A DNA stretch of 64,000 bases from a virus (Duplodnaviria; Caudoviricetes): positions 1 through 64,000 of IMG/VR virus record IMGVR_UViG_2882284595_000003. One strand, 5' to 3'. Position 1 is the stretch's first letter. Each line of letters begins with the position of its first letter. The notes beneath the pieces are model-generated. The model saw nothing but the letters and a program-made list of their open reading frames with translations. It was not told the origin of the DNA and did no database searches. The translations under genes were made by a program, and so were the position numbers. Of the stretch, positions 26,595-36,213 are shown piece after piece.

Positions 26595-27398
26595 TTCGGC
26601 CAGCGTGCTTTGCCGCCCGGCTTTCAGACTCTTGACCCAGGGTTTCCAGATGCCGTTTTCCAGCCGCTGCTCATACGTGTCGCCGCCCCACATCCAGTAG
26701 ACCTGATTGCCCCATTGGTCGTTGAGGAAGTGGGTTAGCAGCATGCCATTGCATTTTACCGGCGCGTCGGCAACCTGCCCGACGGCATTCACGTGATATA
26801 GGCCGTTGGGGCGAATGGTTTGCAGCGAGCCGCTGGTGATGTTCTTGGCGCGGCCAGCCAGGCCAACGGCATTCAATGCCTGCGCCACCTTCAGCGGCGT
26901 CATTGCCAGGCTGTTGTCGCTGCCGGCTTCAGCCTCTGCCTGGCTGGCGATGGCGATGCCGTAACCATCCAGCGTTGACGGCCGGCCGCTGGCGATCTTG
27001 CTCCAGTCCAGTGCCGGCACGTCCGCTGCCGCCATCTGCCGGCCGCTGGTGATACGCCCCTTGGCGTCCACCGTTACCATGCCGTAGTTGCCCGCAGCTA
27101 CGCCGGTATTGGCCAGCGTCATGGCGGCACTGACATTGTCGTTGCCGTCAAAGTTCACACTCCAGGCTCCATCGCCTGTCATGGCCAAGGTCCGCGAGGT
27201 TTTGAGGCGGTCGGCGTACTCGGCAGTCAACGCACCGGAGACCAGGTCGTCCACCTGCTTCTTCAGGTAGGCGGTGCGGTTGGCCAGCTGTTTGCCCTGC
27301 AGGTTGTCGATACCATCCGGCCCGGCCAGCACGGGGTCGGAGGTTTCCAGCTGATAGATGCCCGTCTCCCAGACGGGTTTTTCCTGCAAATTGGCCAT
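25617..27398 (-). CDS. Tail fibre protein
   Basis: IYQLETSDPV..G.DG..N.Q..QLANRT.YLK N-terminus; collar domain. Confidence 0.95.
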   Translation of the reverse strand: MANLQEKPVWETGIYQLETSDPVLAGPDGIDNLQGKQLANRTAYLKKQVDDLVSGALTAEYADRLKTSRTLAMTGDGAWSVNFDGNDNVSAAMTLANTGVAAGNYGMVTVDAKGRITSGRQMAAADVPALDWSKIASGRPSTLDGYGIAIASQAEAEAGSDNSLAMTPLKVAQALNAVGLAGRAKNITSGSLQTIRPNGLYHVNAVGQVADAPVKCNGMLLTHFLNDQWGNQVYWMWGGDTYEQRLENGIWKPWVKSLKAGRQSTLAEYGITDAATKAELQAAISNVIAGAPGALDTLQELAAALDNDASFAANLTKKLATKADKAATLDGYGIADALPLRADIASAVDLDTLTITGIYHNPANDNAIKGKNWPCPQAGQLTVRATGEMVYHTYQAFADGGFWHRCRYQGRWTVWRQLADAATTQDGITAAAPPGQIAYFARDTPPPGWIICNGAQDVSRATYAALFAAIGERFGAGDGKTTFGVPDLRGEFIRGWDAGGGVDVAGRSFGSRQASQNLAHDHAIPTPAGNIAGQDTVLVDNGGAPLDLGARQASNELLGEWNGSGRYLRYATYSTGGNESRPRNVALLACIKV

Positions 27399-27973
27399 CA
27401 GGCACTCCCTCGGTTGAATTGACGATTACGGTGGATGGCGCCGTTGTGGCGATTGGCTACGGCCTGGTACTCCAGGCTGGCTAGGTGGCAGCGAGCCGGC
27501 GCATACGCGGTCAGCGCGGCGCGCAGCTGGTCGGCCTGGTCGTTGGTGATCGGTCTCTGCAGTAACACGCGGTACTTGGCCCAGGCATCCGGGTCGCCAT
27601 GGACATAGAAGCCATTGCGCTGGATGAAACCGTCGCGGCGCTGGCCGGATAAGCCCTCAAGCAGCGTGGCCTCGCCCATGTCCAGGCGCCGCACTACCTC
27701 GCGGACCGCCCAGGGCGTTCCCTTGTAGCGGTGCAGCTCGATAGCGCTCTTGATCAACGCGCGGCGCGCGTCGTCGGACTCGGCCAGTTCCCAGCCATCT
27801 CCGACCAGGCTGAATTGCTCGGCCAAGTGCGGCAGCGCGGAGGCGCTGACGGTGTCCGCCAGGTAGACCAGTAATGCCGAGAGATCGACATCGCTGATCC
27901 GGGCCGCCAGCTTGGCCAACACCTGGCTGCGGGCATCGCCCGCCAGCGATGGCGGCAACGGTAGGTCAGCCAT
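27398..27973 (-). CDS. Tail protein I-like
   Basis: LPHLAEQF...IELHRYKGTPWAV. Confidence 0.92.
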   Translation of the reverse strand: MADLPLPPSLAGDARSQVLAKLAARISDVDLSALLVYLADTVSASALPHLAEQFSLVGDGWELAESDDARRALIKSAIELHRYKGTPWAVREVVRRLDMGEATLLEGLSGQRRDGFIQRNGFYVHGDPDAWAKYRVLLQRPITNDQADQLRAALTAYAPARCHLASLEYQAVANRHNGAIHRNRQFNRGSA

Positions 27974-29072
27974 TGGTGGCCTCCGTGATGGCGAGCTTGA
28001 TTGCGGTGCAGCGTGCCCACTGGTGCGCGGCCAGCGCCAACCGTTGCGGGCTGGTCAGATTGACCTCGTAGACGCCGTCGACCTGTAGCGCGGCGATGAC
28101 CTGGCTCGGCACGATATCCCGGCCCAGAGTTGCCGCGTTCTTGGCCGCGAAGGCTTCGGCACCGCGCTGGGCCTGTACCCGCACGTTGGCCGCATCCACC
28201 TTGCTGTACAGCTTCAGCTGTGCCTCGATGATGTAGTCCACGGCGGCCGGCGCCAGCGCCTCCACCCGGTCGGTCAACGGCCGCACCCGCTCGGACGAGC
28301 AGGTTGCCTGCACCAGCGCCAGCATCTCGGCATTGGGTAGCCCAGTGGCCAGCAACGGGTACAGTTGCACTACGCCCGGCCGAGGCGACAGCACCGCCAC
28401 ATCCACAATGCTTTGGTGGGCGCGCAGCGCATGGAAGCGGTACGCCTGGCTGCTACCCGCATTGGAAAACGACTCGGGCGCCAGCGTGACCCGCTCGCGC
28501 AGTCGTTCGTCCTCTTCCTCGTCGATGCCACCAGACGCGGTCGCAATATTGGCGACTCCCACATCCACATCACCCAGGTCATCCATCAAGCTGGCAATTT
28601 GCCCGCTCTGCCAGCCATTTCCGGCAGTGCCAGGCTCTTGGCATGTGGCGGCGGCATCGACCGATAAGCGGCCGGCCGGCAGGCTCACATCGTCGTCGGT
28701 GGCGAAGGTGACGGCGCCGTCGCCGCTTTCTACGCGGGTGCCGGCGGGGATCAACAAGCTGTTGGCCTGCGCCGCGTCCACAGTAAAGCGCAACGTGGTG
28801 CGGGCCGGTTGCGCCGGCAGTCGGGTCACGCCCACCAGCTGGCCCAGGTAGTCCAGCATCGGCGCGCGGGCATAGGCCACCAGGTTTTGCTTCGCTGCCT
28901 CCTGGATGCCGATGCGCACCAGGGACTCGCGGTAGGCGATTACGTCGATCAGCAGCCGCTCCACCTGGGCCGGGTACAGCGTTTTGCCCGACAGCTGCTC
29001 ATACTGCGCGATGATTTCGGTGGTAATGGCGTCCGGGTCGCGGGCGATAAAGTTGGGTTCGGGCAAGGTCAT
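27966..29072 (-). CDS. Baseplate J/gp47-like
   Basis: LYPAQVERLL...FSNAGS..AY...VRPLTDRV. Confidence 0.93.
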   Translation of the reverse strand: MTLPEPNFIARDPDAITTEIIAQYEQLSGKTLYPAQVERLLIDVIAYRESLVRIGIQEAAKQNLVAYARAPMLDYLGQLVGVTRLPAQPARTTLRFTVDAAQANSLLIPAGTRVESGDGAVTFATDDDVSLPAGRLSVDAAATCQEPGTAGNGWQSGQIASLMDDLGDVDVGVANIATASGGIDEEEDERLRERVTLAPESFSNAGSSQAYRFHALRAHQSIVDVAVLSPRPGVVQLYPLLATGLPNAEMLALVQATCSSERVRPLTDRVEALAPAAVDYIIEAQLKLYSKVDAANVRVQAQRGAEAFAAKNAATLGRDIVPSQVIAALQVDGVYEVNLTSPQRLALAAHQWARCTAIKLAITEATNG

Positions 29073-29416
29073 AGCGGCAGCTCCGTGATGTGTTGCACGC
29101 CGTTGGCCAGACGCCAGGTCACGCGCAAGGTGATGCGCGAGCCATCAAATAGCGGTGAGACCTTGACCAGCTGGCAACGTGGTTCCCATTGCCGGATGGC
29201 CTCGACGCTCTCGCGCACCAGGTGCGGCACGGCCTGATCAACGGGGTTGTCGAGATAGAGGTGGACGTTGGAGCCGAAGTCCGGCCGCAATGGGTCGCTG
29301 CCCTTGGGCGTGGTGAGGATGATTCGGATGGCCTGGTCGATATCCGCTTCCGCCTCGACCAAGTCGGGGCGGTGCAGTGCGGGTTGCCAGTGAAGGGAGT
29401 CAGATAGCCGAGTCAT
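29069..29416 (-). CDS. Baseplate W/gp25-like
   Basis: DIDQAIRIILTTPKGSDP.RP.FG...WEPR. Confidence 0.93.
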   Translation of the reverse strand: MTRLSDSLHWQPALHRPDLVEAEADIDQAIRIILTTPKGSDPLRPDFGSNVHLYLDNPVDQAVPHLVRESVEAIRQWEPRCQLVKVSPLFDGSRITLRVTWRLANGVQHITELPL

Positions 29417-29423
29417 GCATGCT

Positions 29424-29468
29424 ATGGTGCCGCATGCCCCGGCCGGGGGACTTTAAAGGGGATTAATT
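29424..29468 (-). promoter_or_regulatory. Late promoter (Mor/C-type) upstream of W
   Basis: AATTAATCCCCTTTAAAG-21 bp-CACCAT. Confidence 0.65.
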
Positions 29469-29714
29469 CTAGAAAAGAATGGCCAAAGACTGATCAGCTC
29501 CGTCAAGGTAGCGATCTATTTTTTGGTGAGCTGCGATCAAAGCATGCTCTTTAGCATCCTCGCTTGAGTGGTATGAACGATCAAGCGAGAACGGTACTTC
29601 TCGGACCCCTTCGTTAGTGTGACGACCAACGAAGTAACGCACTCCCCATGAAGCATCCGCATGCCGATATCCGGCAAACCAGATCATGAACCCTCGGTAC
29701 TCGATACTTTCCAA
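29469..29714 (-). CDS. Small hypothetical moron
   Basis: 81 aa, TTG start with GAGG RBS, lower GC. Confidence 0.6.
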   Translation of the reverse strand: MESIEYRGFMIWFAGYRHADASWGVRYFVGRHTNEGVREVPFSLDRSYHSSEDAKEHALIAAHQKIDRYLDGADQSLAILF

Positions 29715-29728
29715 AATATGCCCTCAAC

Positions 29729-30334
29729 TCAATGTGAATGATGGTTGGAGTTTCCTCCGGCATCCATAATAGTACCGCTGGCGCTCATATTCCCATCCAC
29801 CTTCATGTCGCCGGCTACGCTGGCACCACCCCCGCCCGAGATCGCCATCCCGCCTTGCCCCACCAGTTTGCCCTTCACCAGGACATTGCCACTGAACTCG
29901 GTATCCGGTGCGTCGACGGTTACCTTGGCCCCAGCCTGCACCAGGACAGTGGCGCTTGCCTCAACCACCACTTTTTGCACGCCGGACACGATCAATACAT
30001 GGCTGGCCCGGTCATACTCCAGTAGCGCGCCATCCTTGAAGCGCACCATGAACTTGTCCGGGCTGCTGGTAGGCGGCGTGTCCGCCTCGGAGTACACCGC
30101 GCCCAGGATTACGCCGTCCTCTCCGCGCGCGTCCAGCAATACCGCCACCTGTTCGCCGCTATCGTAGGTCCAGCAGGCTTTGTCGTCCTGGGTCTTGGCA
30201 TACGCTATCGGCAGCCACATGGTGCGCATATTGTCGAGGTCCGGCAGGCGCACGCGGGCAAAGCCGGGCTTGCTGGCGCTGACGGTGCCAAACCTCACCG
30301 TGGCGCCGAACTCTTCCAGGGTCTCCAAGTTCAT
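29729..30334 (-). CDS. Baseplate spike V-like
   Basis: GEQVAVLLD..GEDGV.LGA.YS; ends NHHSH. Confidence 0.93.
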   Translation of the reverse strand: MNLETLEEFGATVRFGTVSASKPGFARVRLPDLDNMRTMWLPIAYAKTQDDKACWTYDSGEQVAVLLDARGEDGVILGAVYSEADTPPTSSPDKFMVRFKDGALLEYDRASHVLIVSGVQKVVVEASATVLVQAGAKVTVDAPDTEFSGNVLVKGKLVGQGGMAISGGGGASVAGDMKVDGNMSASGTIMDAGGNSNHHSH

Positions 30335-31506
30335 TTCTTCTTGCCCTTCTGCGGCGTGGTGCCAACCACCTGCACCTGGTTGTCCTTTATCCCGTACACC
30401 TTCAAGCCTGATGCCGGCTTCTTGCCCGCCGTTCCTTTGCCTTGCTGCACGGCCAGGGCGGCGCGCTTGACCTCCAGGTCGGTGGTGTAGCCGCCACTGC
30501 GGTCTATCCTGTGGCGCGCAGACTCCACCAGGTAACGGCCGGATAGCTTCCCGCAGTCGACCAGGTCAAAGGTGCTGCCGGCCACCAAGCGCGGCGTGCC
30601 CGGCAAGGTCAGGCTACCGGCGGTCTGCTCCAGGTTGCTCTGATCCAGCGCTGCTTGCACCTTCGCCTGGGCCGTCGCACGGGATGAGGCGCGACCCGAC
30701 ATCTTCAGCGAGTCGCTGCTGCTTGGGTTCTTGCCAGACTTGGCCGTCGTCGTGGTGTGGCCTGTAGCCGCCACCTCGCCATTCTTGACGCCATATACCA
30801 CCAGCTTCTTGGTCTTGGGGTTGTGGTGCTTGAGCTTTGCCTCCTGGTAAATCTCCTTGATCTTGTCCCGCAGTCGGATCGATATCAGATCGCCAGGCCG
30901 CAGCGTCATCACCGGCTGGCCGTCGCGCAGGTCCGCCAGTTCGCTGAAAACCAGCTTGCTGCCAACGATCTTGAACGCGTAACCGAACTCCCGCGCCAGC
31001 CGAGTCAGGAACGCGACATCACGCTCCTGGTACTGAGTCACCCGGTCAATGCGGATGTCGCGGACTTTGCCAGTCAGCGTGAGGTGGTTGCGTTTGGCGA
31101 TACGCTGGGCAATGGCCGCCAGGGTGGTGTTTTCATATGCGCGGCCGACTCGGGAGCGGACCAACTTCTTGACGCCGGTAGCCAGCGCGCGGATGGACAC
31201 CGTGGTCGGTGGGAAGGCGAATTCAATCTCGTCAATTTCAAAGCCGCCACAAGGCAGCAGCGGCTCGCCGGCATAGCCGATCTTGAGCGTCAACTGGTCG
31301 CCATGGCCGGGATACCAGGCGCGAATCCAGCGGCCGTCGCTGTCCTCCAATTCCACCTCCAGCTCGTCGGACTGGCCCGACAGGTAATCGGTATAGGTAA
31401 CCGACAGCACATACGGGGAGATGTCGCTGGTGATGCTGTGCTGGCCATAGGCCAGCTGAAATACCGGATGCGGCACCTTGGCCTGGGCATTGCTCATCGC
31501 ATCCAT
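30331..31506 (-). CDS. Late control D-like hub protein
   Basis: YTD...GQSDEL.V.LED, FEIDEIE, Q..E.D..FL.RLA. Confidence 0.92.
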   Translation of the reverse strand: MDAMSNAQAKVPHPVFQLAYGQHSITSDISPYVLSVTYTDYLSGQSDELEVELEDSDGRWIRAWYPGHGDQLTLKIGYAGEPLLPCGGFEIDEIEFAFPPTTVSIRALATGVKKLVRSRVGRAYENTTLAAIAQRIAKRNHLTLTGKVRDIRIDRVTQYQERDVAFLTRLAREFGYAFKIVGSKLVFSELADLRDGQPVMTLRPGDLISIRLRDKIKEIYQEAKLKHHNPKTKKLVVYGVKNGEVAATGHTTTTAKSGKNPSSSDSLKMSGRASSRATAQAKVQAALDQSNLEQTAGSLTLPGTPRLVAGSTFDLVDCGKLSGRYLVESARHRIDRSGGYTTDLEVKRAALAVQQGKGTAGKKPASGLKVYGIKDNQVQVVGTTPQKGKKK

Positions 31507-31700
31507 AGTGGCAGCTCCTCGGCCAGATCGGCCTGCTCGATCACGGGAATGGACAGCACCAGTCCGCTCGGCAGCGTGGTGACTAAGGGGATATGGGGAT
31601 TGGCGGTGATGATGCGCTCATAGGCCAGCGGATCGCCGTAATAGCGGCTGGCCAGTTGGTCCCAGCGCTCGCCCTGGGTGGTGACGTGGGTCAGAAACAT
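31494..31700 (-). CDS. Tail protein X-like
   Basis: GERWD.LA..YYGD...ANP...LP.W. Confidence 0.92.
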   Translation of the reverse strand: MFLTHVTTQGERWDQLASRYYGDPLAYERIITANPHIPLVTTLPSGLVLSIPVIEQADLAEELPLWMR

Positions 31701-32599
31701 CAGATGGCCCTCGTGATGACTTTGCCGGCCAGCTTGCTGATGGCTGGTGAGGCGGACTCCAGCGCGCTGCTGGCGGCGCCCAGGTAGCCGCCCGCCACAT
31801 CCAGCTTGCCGGAGACGTTGCTGGCATTGGTCGATGACAGCGTGTCCTGAACACTGAGGATGGCACCCAGCGCATTGCTGCTGGCGCGGGCGATGACGGC
31901 GGCTTCCGGCAACTGGCCGCTTAGCTCGTTCAGCGAGGGCAGCATCTTCTGCAGCGGCGCTGCCGCCTGCTTCGCATTGGTCAGCAGGCCCGGCACCCGC
32001 CCCAAGGCCGCCTGTGGATTGCTGCGCAGCTGTTGGGCGAGCTGGGTCGAGTCCTGCGCCGTCTTCATCGCTGCCTGCGCCTGGTTGGCATAGGCCACCA
32101 TCTGGCGGATGTTGTCGCGCACCGAGCCGGCCGCCGCCTTCAATTTGTTGGCGGCCAGGGAGGCCGTAGCAGCAACCGGCGGGGATTTGGGCTGGACAGC
32201 AGGTGGCGCCAGCGGAGCTTTCTTGTCTCCAACGAACTCGCGCAGCGTGATGTTGGCGTCCATGGCTATCAGCGTGCCAGCCTTGTCGGTCTGTTTGCTG
32301 GTGGCGGTCACATCAGTCAGGACGAACCAGCCCTTGTAATCGCCATTGCCTAGCACCAGGGCCATGGCCTGGTGCGCCGCGAGCGCGCTGCGCAGCTTCA
32401 GCAGCTCCTGCTCCGGGTCGCAGTACTGGCTATGGAAGGACAGCTGGATGCGGATTTCGTCCAGCTTGTCGCCTATGTGCTGCAGGCGTGGCTTGCCGTC
32501 GATCAGGGCATGCTCGGCATAGTCCGCGCCGAACTGCGACTCGAAGCCATCGAAATACGTGATGAGGTCAAACTGGACCTCGCCCAATAGCGCAAACAT
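31700..32599 (-). CDS. Tail protein U-like with C-terminal extension
   Basis: MFALLG...YAEHALIDGKPRLQ..G. Confidence 0.9.
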   Translation of the reverse strand: MFALLGEVQFDLITYFDGFESQFGADYAEHALIDGKPRLQHIGDKLDEIRIQLSFHSQYCDPEQELLKLRSALAAHQAMALVLGNGDYKGWFVLTDVTATSKQTDKAGTLIAMDANITLREFVGDKKAPLAPPAVQPKSPPVAATASLAANKLKAAAGSVRDNIRQMVAYANQAQAAMKTAQDSTQLAQQLRSNPQAALGRVPGLLTNAKQAAAPLQKMLPSLNELSGQLPEAAVIARASSNALGAILSVQDTLSSTNASNVSGKLDVAGGYLGAASSALESASPAISKLAGKVITRAI

Positions 32600-35310
32600 C
32601 AGTTGTATGCCCTCCGGTCCTGTTGCGCCATGATGCGGCGGATCATCTGTTCCAGCTCATGAATGGATAGTTTCAAGGTCTCTTGCAGCGCGCCCTTGGT
32701 GGCTTCCGGCGTGCCGGCCGGCAAGTGGATGACCGGGTTGAAGTGGATTGCCATCGGCTGCGGCGCCTTACCGGCCGGCACCGCGTTACCGCGCTCGCCA
32801 GCCTGCAGCCGCTGGAACGTCTCGATGCGGGTCGGCCCGACATCGCGGCCGCGCAGTTGCATCGTCTGAAGAGCCTGCGCCTGGTCCTGGATAGCCGGCG
32901 TCTGCAGCCGCGGCTTGCCCCAAGCGTTGGCGGTGGCTTTGGCCATCGCCCCGGAGGCGCGGACGGCGCCGCCGGCGCTACGGTCTATGCCGATGGCCGC
33001 GCCCTGGGCAATGTTGTCGCCAAAGCCCATGAAGACACGGCTGGGGGACTTGATGCCCAGCGTGCTGGCAAACCAGCCCTTGATGTCCTTGCCAAGACCG
33101 ACGATGGCCTCTTTGGCGGCGCCGATCTTGGCCTTGATGCCATTGACCAGCCCCATCACCAGGTCTTTGCCAGCGGTCAGGAATTTGCCAGGCAGCTCAC
33201 CGGCAAAGCGGATCACCGGCAACCAGAACACAATCCAGCTGGCCACCTTCATCTTCATCCACCCCCACAAGCTGGTCATGGATTGCTTGATGCCTTCCCA
33301 CAGCCCGCTAAAGAAGGTTTTGATGCGGCTCCAGTTGGCGATGATCAGACGCGGGATGCCGATGATGGGGAAGATGTAGTTCAGGATCGGGTAGCGCTTG
33401 AACACTCCGTCCACCGCCGACCACACTTTGCCGAAAAACGCCTTGATCGGCTCCCAATAGCGATAGATCAGGTATGCCGCCCCCGCTATTGCCATCACGG
33501 CCAGGCCAATCGGGTTCATCATTACTGCGCGGCCCAGCCACAACACCGTGCGGCCGACAGTCAACAAACTGCTGCCGAGCAGACGCCCCAGACGCACCGC
33601 ACCGCCGCCAAGTTTCCCCAGCACCGCAGTCAGCCGACCGGCACGCTCAGCGCTCATGCCGAAAAACTGCAGCAGCAGAGAGAAGCGCGACGAACCGCCA
33701 GCCAGCAATGCCTTGATCAGCGTGACGCGGGTGGAAAGTACCGTCCAGGCGGTTGCCACCGAGTTGGCCGGGGCCAGGAACATGAAGTTGCCCAGGAACT
33801 TCAGTCCGAACAGCGCAGTACGTAGAGCGACCACGCCGCCGACCATGCCAATAATGCCGCGCAGCATGCCAGGGTTCTGCTCAGCCCAGGCACCGAAACT
33901 CTTGATGACCGGCGTTAGCTCGTCCAGGGTGCTGGAAATGGACGGCAACAGGGTATTGCCTATGGTGATGGCCACGTCTGTGACTTGCGTGGAGAAGCGC
34001 TGCCAAGCTTTTTCCGCCGTCTCCACACGCTTGGCATAGTCGACGTCGATGGTGCTTGGCTTATCTTTGCTGCCCAACGCCTCCTCGCTGCCCATTTTCT
34101 GCTTGTTTTCTTTGTACTTGTCCCAGCCTTGACGCATGGAAAGCAGGTGGTTGATGGTCTGGATGTCTTGGAACACCTCGTTCAGGCCGAACGATTCCAT
34201 CAACTTGCGCTGGGCCTCCTGGTCGCCCTTGGCGCCTGCGGCCTTCCACTGCTTCATGAAGCCGTCGCCCTTGCCTTTGATGAAGTTGTTGGCAATCTCC
34301 AGAGACGCCTCATAGCTAGAGAAGCCGCCAGCCACCAGGTTCTGCATGCTGCCCTGGTAATCGACGCCGGCCTTCTTGTAAGCGTCTATGGTCGGCTTGG
34401 CATTCATGTGTGACAGCCAGTTGCGCAGGTTGGTCACGGCTTCGTCGCCTGATCCGGCTCCCTCGCGGCCAACCTCCAGGCTGGCCACGATCTGAGTAAC
34501 CGCCTGCTGCCCCTTGATGCCTTTGGCCGCAAACGCGGCAGTCATCTCGGGCAGCGCCTTCGCCATGTCCTTCAGTTCGAAACGGCCCAGCTTGCCACCA
34601 TACGCCGCGCGGTTGAATGCCTCCTTCAGCCCGTCCTCGGTCTTGATGCCCAGCGTTTCGGTGAAGCTGTACACCATGCTTGCCACGTCCTTCATGTCGG
34701 CATTGGTGGCGGTGGAGACGCGGCCAAGCAGTTTGGAGCGCTTGCCGGCCTCCTGGGCGTCCATGCCGGCCGCGACCAAGGTACCCACACCGTCCAGGAT
34801 CGCAGCGTGCCCCTGATTGGTGGTAAGTGCCGCCTGGCGAATTGCTGCGCCGACCTGCAGCTCTTGCTGCTTGGTCAGGTTGCCGGTGATGGTGATGTCG
34901 CGCAGGCCGGCCTCGAACTTTGCAGCCTGCTTCGCCGAGCCGAAGATAGGCGCTCCTACCGCCACGGCGGTGGCCGCGCTTTCCTTCATCCCGGACCAGC
35001 TTTCTTGCCGTGCCGCCTTCAATTCGCCACCACGAGCCATGCTGGCGGCCAGCTTTTCCTGCTTCAGCCGCAGCGCGTCCACCGCTCGGCCCAGCCTCTC
35101 ATAATCACGGTTCAATGCAGCCAGGCTGCCGTCGCTCAGGGTGCCCATGGCGCGCTTCATCGCCTGGCCCAGGGCATCCTGTTGGCCTTTGAGCTGTTTG
35201 GTTGTGGCGTCCAGCACTTCCATTGAGCGCTTGGCGCCTGCGAAAGCGGCCAGGTAGGAGCCTTGCAGCACCGCGCCAATTGCTACACTGACCAGCATGT
35301 TGTTCGCCAT
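32599..35310 (-). CDS. Tail tape measure protein
   Basis: 903 aa; G.FELKDMA..LP, LGIKSPSRVF. Confidence 0.93.
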   Translation of the reverse strand: MANNMLVSVAIGAVLQGSYLAAFAGAKRSMEVLDATTKQLKGQQDALGQAMKRAMGTLSDGSLAALNRDYERLGRAVDALRLKQEKLAASMARGGELKAARQESWSGMKESAATAVAVGAPIFGSAKQAAKFEAGLRDITITGNLTKQQELQVGAAIRQAALTTNQGHAAILDGVGTLVAAGMDAQEAGKRSKLLGRVSTATNADMKDVASMVYSFTETLGIKTEDGLKEAFNRAAYGGKLGRFELKDMAKALPEMTAAFAAKGIKGQQAVTQIVASLEVGREGAGSGDEAVTNLRNWLSHMNAKPTIDAYKKAGVDYQGSMQNLVAGGFSSYEASLEIANNFIKGKGDGFMKQWKAAGAKGDQEAQRKLMESFGLNEVFQDIQTINHLLSMRQGWDKYKENKQKMGSEEALGSKDKPSTIDVDYAKRVETAEKAWQRFSTQVTDVAITIGNTLLPSISSTLDELTPVIKSFGAWAEQNPGMLRGIIGMVGGVVALRTALFGLKFLGNFMFLAPANSVATAWTVLSTRVTLIKALLAGGSSRFSLLLQFFGMSAERAGRLTAVLGKLGGGAVRLGRLLGSSLLTVGRTVLWLGRAVMMNPIGLAVMAIAGAAYLIYRYWEPIKAFFGKVWSAVDGVFKRYPILNYIFPIIGIPRLIIANWSRIKTFFSGLWEGIKQSMTSLWGWMKMKVASWIVFWLPVIRFAGELPGKFLTAGKDLVMGLVNGIKAKIGAAKEAIVGLGKDIKGWFASTLGIKSPSRVFMGFGDNIAQGAAIGIDRSAGGAVRASGAMAKATANAWGKPRLQTPAIQDQAQALQTMQLRGRDVGPTRIETFQRLQAGERGNAVPAGKAPQPMAIHFNPVIHLPAGTPEATKGALQETLKLSIHELEQMIRRIMAQQDRRAYN

Positions 35311-35339
35311 CTGAAACCGTCCTCGCTATACTGCGGCCT

Positions 35340-35591
35340 ATGAAAACCGATACCCGTGACATCGGCGAAACCACCGCTGAAATTGTCCAACTTGTTGGCG
35401 CTGTCATCGCCTGCATGATTGCCGTTTGGTGGGCATGGTCGCTGTCTGACGGAAATCTGCTCGGCTTTGTTTTGCTGTTGCTACTGGCCGCGCTATTCAT
35501 TGCGCCCCTTGTCGCATGGGGACTACCAGTAGTCGCACTGATTTTCGGCATCTTCGCCCGAGCGATGCGTCCTGGACGCTCCCAGCGATAA
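35340..35591 (+). CDS. Small inner-membrane protein (moron)
   Basis: Strongly hydrophobic 83 aa, opposite strand, terminator at 35609-35637. Confidence 0.7.
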   Translation: MKTDTRDIGETTAEIVQLVGAVIACMIAVWWAWSLSDGNLLGFVLLLLLAALFIAPLVAWGLPVVALIFGIFARAMRPGRSQR

Positions 35592-35646
35592 CCCGGTTTT
35601 TGCCAGACAGGCCGCCGATCCTCCGGCGGCCTTTTGTTTGCCGACT

Positions 35647-35829
35647 TCACGAAAAAGCCTGCTGCAAGCGGGCCTGCCGGCGTTTAAGTTCGCGCTCTGC
35701 CTCGCCCATCCACCGCCAGTAGTCCTCCATATCCAGGCCGTCGATTTCCGAGGGCTGTATTTGCAGCACAGTCAGCAGGAACGCATCAAGCTCGCCCAGG
35801 CTCTTCTCCGATGCCCACCATCTCGCGAA
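35647..35829 (-). CDS. E'-like tail chaperone extension
   Basis: QPSEIDGLDMEDY.RW motif; +1 frame relative to the upstream chaperone. Confidence 0.7.
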   Translation of the reverse strand, partial: FARWWASEKSLGELDAFLLTVLQIQPSEIDGLDMEDYWRWMGEAERELKRRQARLQQAFS

Positions 35830-36049
35830 ATCGGTCTGCCAACACCTTGCTATCCGCAATGTCCAACTGGTCGATATCCTCCAGCGTCAAACTGGTCATG
35901 CGGGAAAACAAGAAGTCCTCCTGGTCAGCGTCATCTTTGCTGTAGCGGCTGGCCGCTTTAAGGTCGGCCCGCTTCAAGCGGGACACGGTCAGGGTTTCGA
36001 TACGTTGGCCGGCAGCGTTGGTGAACGGGTATTGCAGCTTGATTTCCAT
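35786..36049 (-). CDS. Tail assembly chaperone (gp41/E-like)
   Basis: I.L.YP....G...LT..R.K..DL...EDIDQLD.AD. Confidence 0.9.
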   Translation of the reverse strand: MEIKLQYPFTNAAGQRIETLTVSRLKRADLKAASRYSKDDADQEDFLFSRMTSLTLEDIDQLDIADSKVLADRFREMVGIGEEPGRA

Positions 36050-36090
36050 CTGACATCCTTCGTGTGGATTGAACGGTTACTACGCGATGG

Positions 36091-36135
36091 ATTGTCGTCG
36101 GAGTGAGCTGGGATAGCCGTTAAACGGCTTTAAAG
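36091..36135 (-). promoter_or_regulatory. Late promoter upstream of the tail chaperone
   Basis: CTTTAAAGCCGTTTAACG-21 bp-GACAAT. Confidence 0.65.
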
Positions 36136-36213
36136 AAAGGCATTTGCACATATAGCCAGGAGAAAGCGTCAAGCAGCTATGCTAATGTGCGCGCTTTGCC
36201 TGATTTTGCAGCT

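Noticed and set aside
24998-27398. Gin/Cin-type invertible tail-fibre segment
   Set aside because: No invertase and no inverted fibre copy; the repeats are direct
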